Shown here piece by piece: positions 62,001-64,000 of a stretch of DNA of 64,000 bases (position 1 is its first letter; each line of letters opens with the position of its first letter). Origin of the DNA: Rebecca billardiae RCC1528. Taxonomy: Eukaryota; Protista; Haptophyta. The notes under the pieces are model-generated. The model saw only the letters and a program-made list of their open reading frames with translations. It was not told the origin of the DNA and made no database searches. The stretch is taken from the NCBI GenBank assembly GCA_965240325.2, contig OZ251246.1, positions 124,001-188,000 of the forward strand, given 5' to 3'. The position numbers and the translations under genes are program-made.

Positions 62001-64000
62001 GGGCTCGGTGGCGGTTTTGGCCCGGGCACTGGTGGTGGCGGGCTGGGCGGCGGGCTGGGCGGCGGGCTGGGCGGAGGCGATGGCGGTGGTCGCGGGAGAG
62101 GTGGAGGTGGCGAAGGTGGCGGCTCCGGCGGGGGACTAGGAGGCAACGCGGGTGGAGGGCTGGGCGGTGGTGACGGCGGCGGAGACGGCGGCGGCGTCGG
62201 AGGCGGCGGGCTCGGCGGCGGCGACGGCGGCGGGGACGGCGGCGGGCTCGGCGGTGGAACCGGCGGCGGCGACGGCGGCGGTGTAGGCACAGCAGCCGGC
62301 GGCGGCGGGCTCGGTGGTGGACTGGGAGGCGGGCTCGGAGGCGGGCTGGGCGGCGGCGACGGTGGCGGCGACGGCGGAAGCGCAGGCGGCGGCGAAGGTG
62401 GCGGCGACGGCGGAGGCGACGGAGGCGGCAACGGCGTCTCCAGCGGTGGCGGAGGGCTCGGCGGGGGCGACGGCGGCGGCGATGGCGGCGGCACAGGCGG
62501 CGGCGAGGGCGGCGGGCTCGGCGGAGGCGACGGTGGCGGCAACGGCGGCGGAGGCGATGGCGGCGGCGACGGCGGAGGCGAGGGCGGCGGGCTAGGTGGC
62601 GGCGCCGGAGGTGACGGAGGCGGGAGCGGATCCGTGCGCGGCGGCGGCGGCGGCTGTGGTGGCGGGCTCGGCGGCGGAGATGGCGGTGGGGACGGAGGCG
62701 GGGACGGTGGCGGCGTCGGAGGCGGCGGGCTCGGCGGTGGACGCGGTGGCGGTGAAGGCGGCGGGCTCGGCGGTGGCGACGGCGGCGGCGACGGCGGCGG
62801 TGTGGGCACAGCAGCCGGCGGCGGCGGGCTCGGCGGTGGGCTTGGCGGCGGACTTGGTGGCGGGCTGGGCGGCGGCGACGGTGGCGGCGCGGGCGGCGCC
62901 CCAGGCGTTGGCGAAGGTGGCGGCGACGGCGGAGGCGACGGAGGCGGCAACGGCGTCTCCAGCGGTGGCGGAGGGCTCGGCGGGGGCGACGGCGGCGGCG
63001 ATGGCGGCGGCAAAGGCGGCGGCGAGGGCGGCGGGCTCGGCGGAGGCGACGGTGGCGGCAGTGGCGGCGGCGGCGACGGCGGCGGCGACGGCGGAGGGGA
63101 AGGCGGCGGGCTAGGTGGCGGTGCCGGCGGCGACGGAGGCGGGAACGGATCCGTGCGCGGCGGCGGCGGCGGCTGTGGTGGCGGGCTCGGCGGCGGAGAC
63201 GGCGGCGGGGACGGAGGCGGGGACGGTGGCGGCGCCGGAGGCGGCGGACTCGGCGGTGGACGCGGTGGCGGTGAAGGCGGCGGGCTCGGCGGTGGCGACG
63301 GCGGCGGCGACGGCGGCGGTGTTGGCACAGCAGCCGGCGGCGGCGGGCTCGGCGGTGGGCTTGGCGGCGGGCTTGGTGGCGGGCTGGGCGGCGGCGACGG
63401 TGGCGGCGCGGGCGGCGCCTCAGGCGGCGGCGAAGGTGGCGGCGACGGCGGAGGCGACGGAGGCGGCAACGGCGTCTCCAGCGGTGGCGGAGGGCTCGGC
63501 GGGGGCGAAGGCGGCGGCGATGGCGGCAGCAAAGGCGGCGGCGAGGGCGGCGGGCTCGGCGGCGGAGACGGTGGCGGCACCGGCGGCGGCGGTGACGGCG
63601 GCGGCGACGGCGGAGGCGAAGGCGGCGGCGAAGGCGGCGGCGCCGGCGGCGACGGAGGCGGGAACGGATCCGTGCGAGGCGGCGGCGGCGGCTGTGGTGG
63701 CGGGCTCGGCGGCGGAGATGGCGGCGGGGACGGCGGCGGGGACGGTGGCGGCGTTGGAGGCGGCGGGCTCGGCGGCGGACGCGGTGGCGGTGAAGGCGGC
63801 GGGCTCGGCGGTGGCGACGGCGGCGGCGACGGCGGCGGTGTAGGCACAGCAGCCGGCGGCGGCGGGCTCGGTGGTGGGCTGGGCGGCGGGCTTGGTGGCG
63901 GGCTGGGCGGCGGCGACGGTGGCGGCGCGGGCGGCGCCTCAGGCGGCGGCGAAGGTGGCGGCGACGGCGGAGGCGACGGAGGCGGCAACGGCGTCTCAAG
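23612..64000 (-). CDS. Giant (>13,400 aa) membrane-anchored surface protein: SPPP rods, three TMEM132-like/cohesin/dockerin modules, SdrD-B-like domain, polycystin-1-like 5-TM C-terminus; 5' end beyond the window
   Basis: Uninterrupted 40-kb ORF, open to position 64000. A terminal GT-AG intron at 23846-23718 gives CASW|LLSLLCLLAVLEPLVVSLLGLPLLLHRTPRIEPE-TAG (23614-23612). A second in-frame 105-nt intron at 24427-24323 is likely. Hydrophobic helices at ~28765-28840, ~28250-28305, ~28075-28160, ~23915-23965 and ~23645-23717. Confidence 0.88.
33465..37990 (-). other. Globular module 3 (membrane-proximal, diverged) of the giant protein
   Basis: Same motif order as modules 1 and 2 (YADRADV..YQLRD, ECS..V.PSWF, YAHTGG, VPLRVWYP, DVDLG, LVNFQIE, CTINDP, YGDVSGDCAFTSFD, LDPTLDG, FPFLGSSA) but clearly divergent in sequence. 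Confidence 0.85.
39451..41850. repeat. Five tandem 480-bp coding repeats (160-aa Pro-rich unit)
   Basis: Anchor gctccgtgcgcggcggagg recurs at 39451, 39931, 40411, 40891, 41371 and 41851. Confidence 0.92.
44636..48823 (-). repeat. Globular module 2 of the giant protein (near-identical copy of module 1)
   Basis: Matches 57611-61798 at offset 12,975, with about 22 amino-acid differences counted by eye over ~1,396 aa. Confidence 0.95.
50155..56880. repeat. Higher-order coding array of 507/519-bp units (1,026-bp dimer period)
   Basis: The RTEPF anchor recurs near 50155, 50662, 51181, 51688, 52207, 52714, 53233, 53740, 54259, 54778, 55297 and 55804. Confidence 0.85.
57611..61798 (-). repeat. Globular module 1 of the giant protein
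   Basis: FVFGADALVSDAQ...FTPLLSTVVIGP, duplicated at 44636-48823. Confidence 0.95.

Overview
Very GC-rich eukaryotic DNA with short GT-AG introns. A haptophyte alga such as a Pavlovales species is my inference from composition, intron style, a bipartite plastid-targeting leader and selenoprotein use. From left to right: (1) a large chromatin-reader gene on the minus strand (AT-hooks, DDT/WHIM-like, polyQ, PHD, chromo-barrel/Tudor-like) that runs off the left edge; (2) two near-identical 1.54-kb transposon-like copies with asymmetric inverted repeats; (3) an ArsS-family radical SAM gene with an in-frame UGA at a conserved Cys position and a well-formed type II SECIS in its 3' UTR, i.e. a selenoprotein; (4) a hypothetical protein, homoserine kinase, a tropinone-reductase-like SDR and a class I fructose-bisphosphate aldolase; (5) the 3' 40 kb of a giant gene (>13,400 aa, start beyond the right edge). 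The giant protein alternates very long Ser-Pro-Pro-Pro rods with three ~1,400-1,500-aa globular modules. Each module reads as TMEM132-like (cohesin + Ig-like), then a second cohesin-like domain, a basic RRR/RRL linker and a dockerin-like domain. It ends in a polycystin-1-like 5-TM anchor. This is the best candidate for an undescribed system: a eukaryotic, possibly cleaved, cohesin-dockerin surface scaffold. All domain calls are by-eye motif recognition and have not been checked by search.
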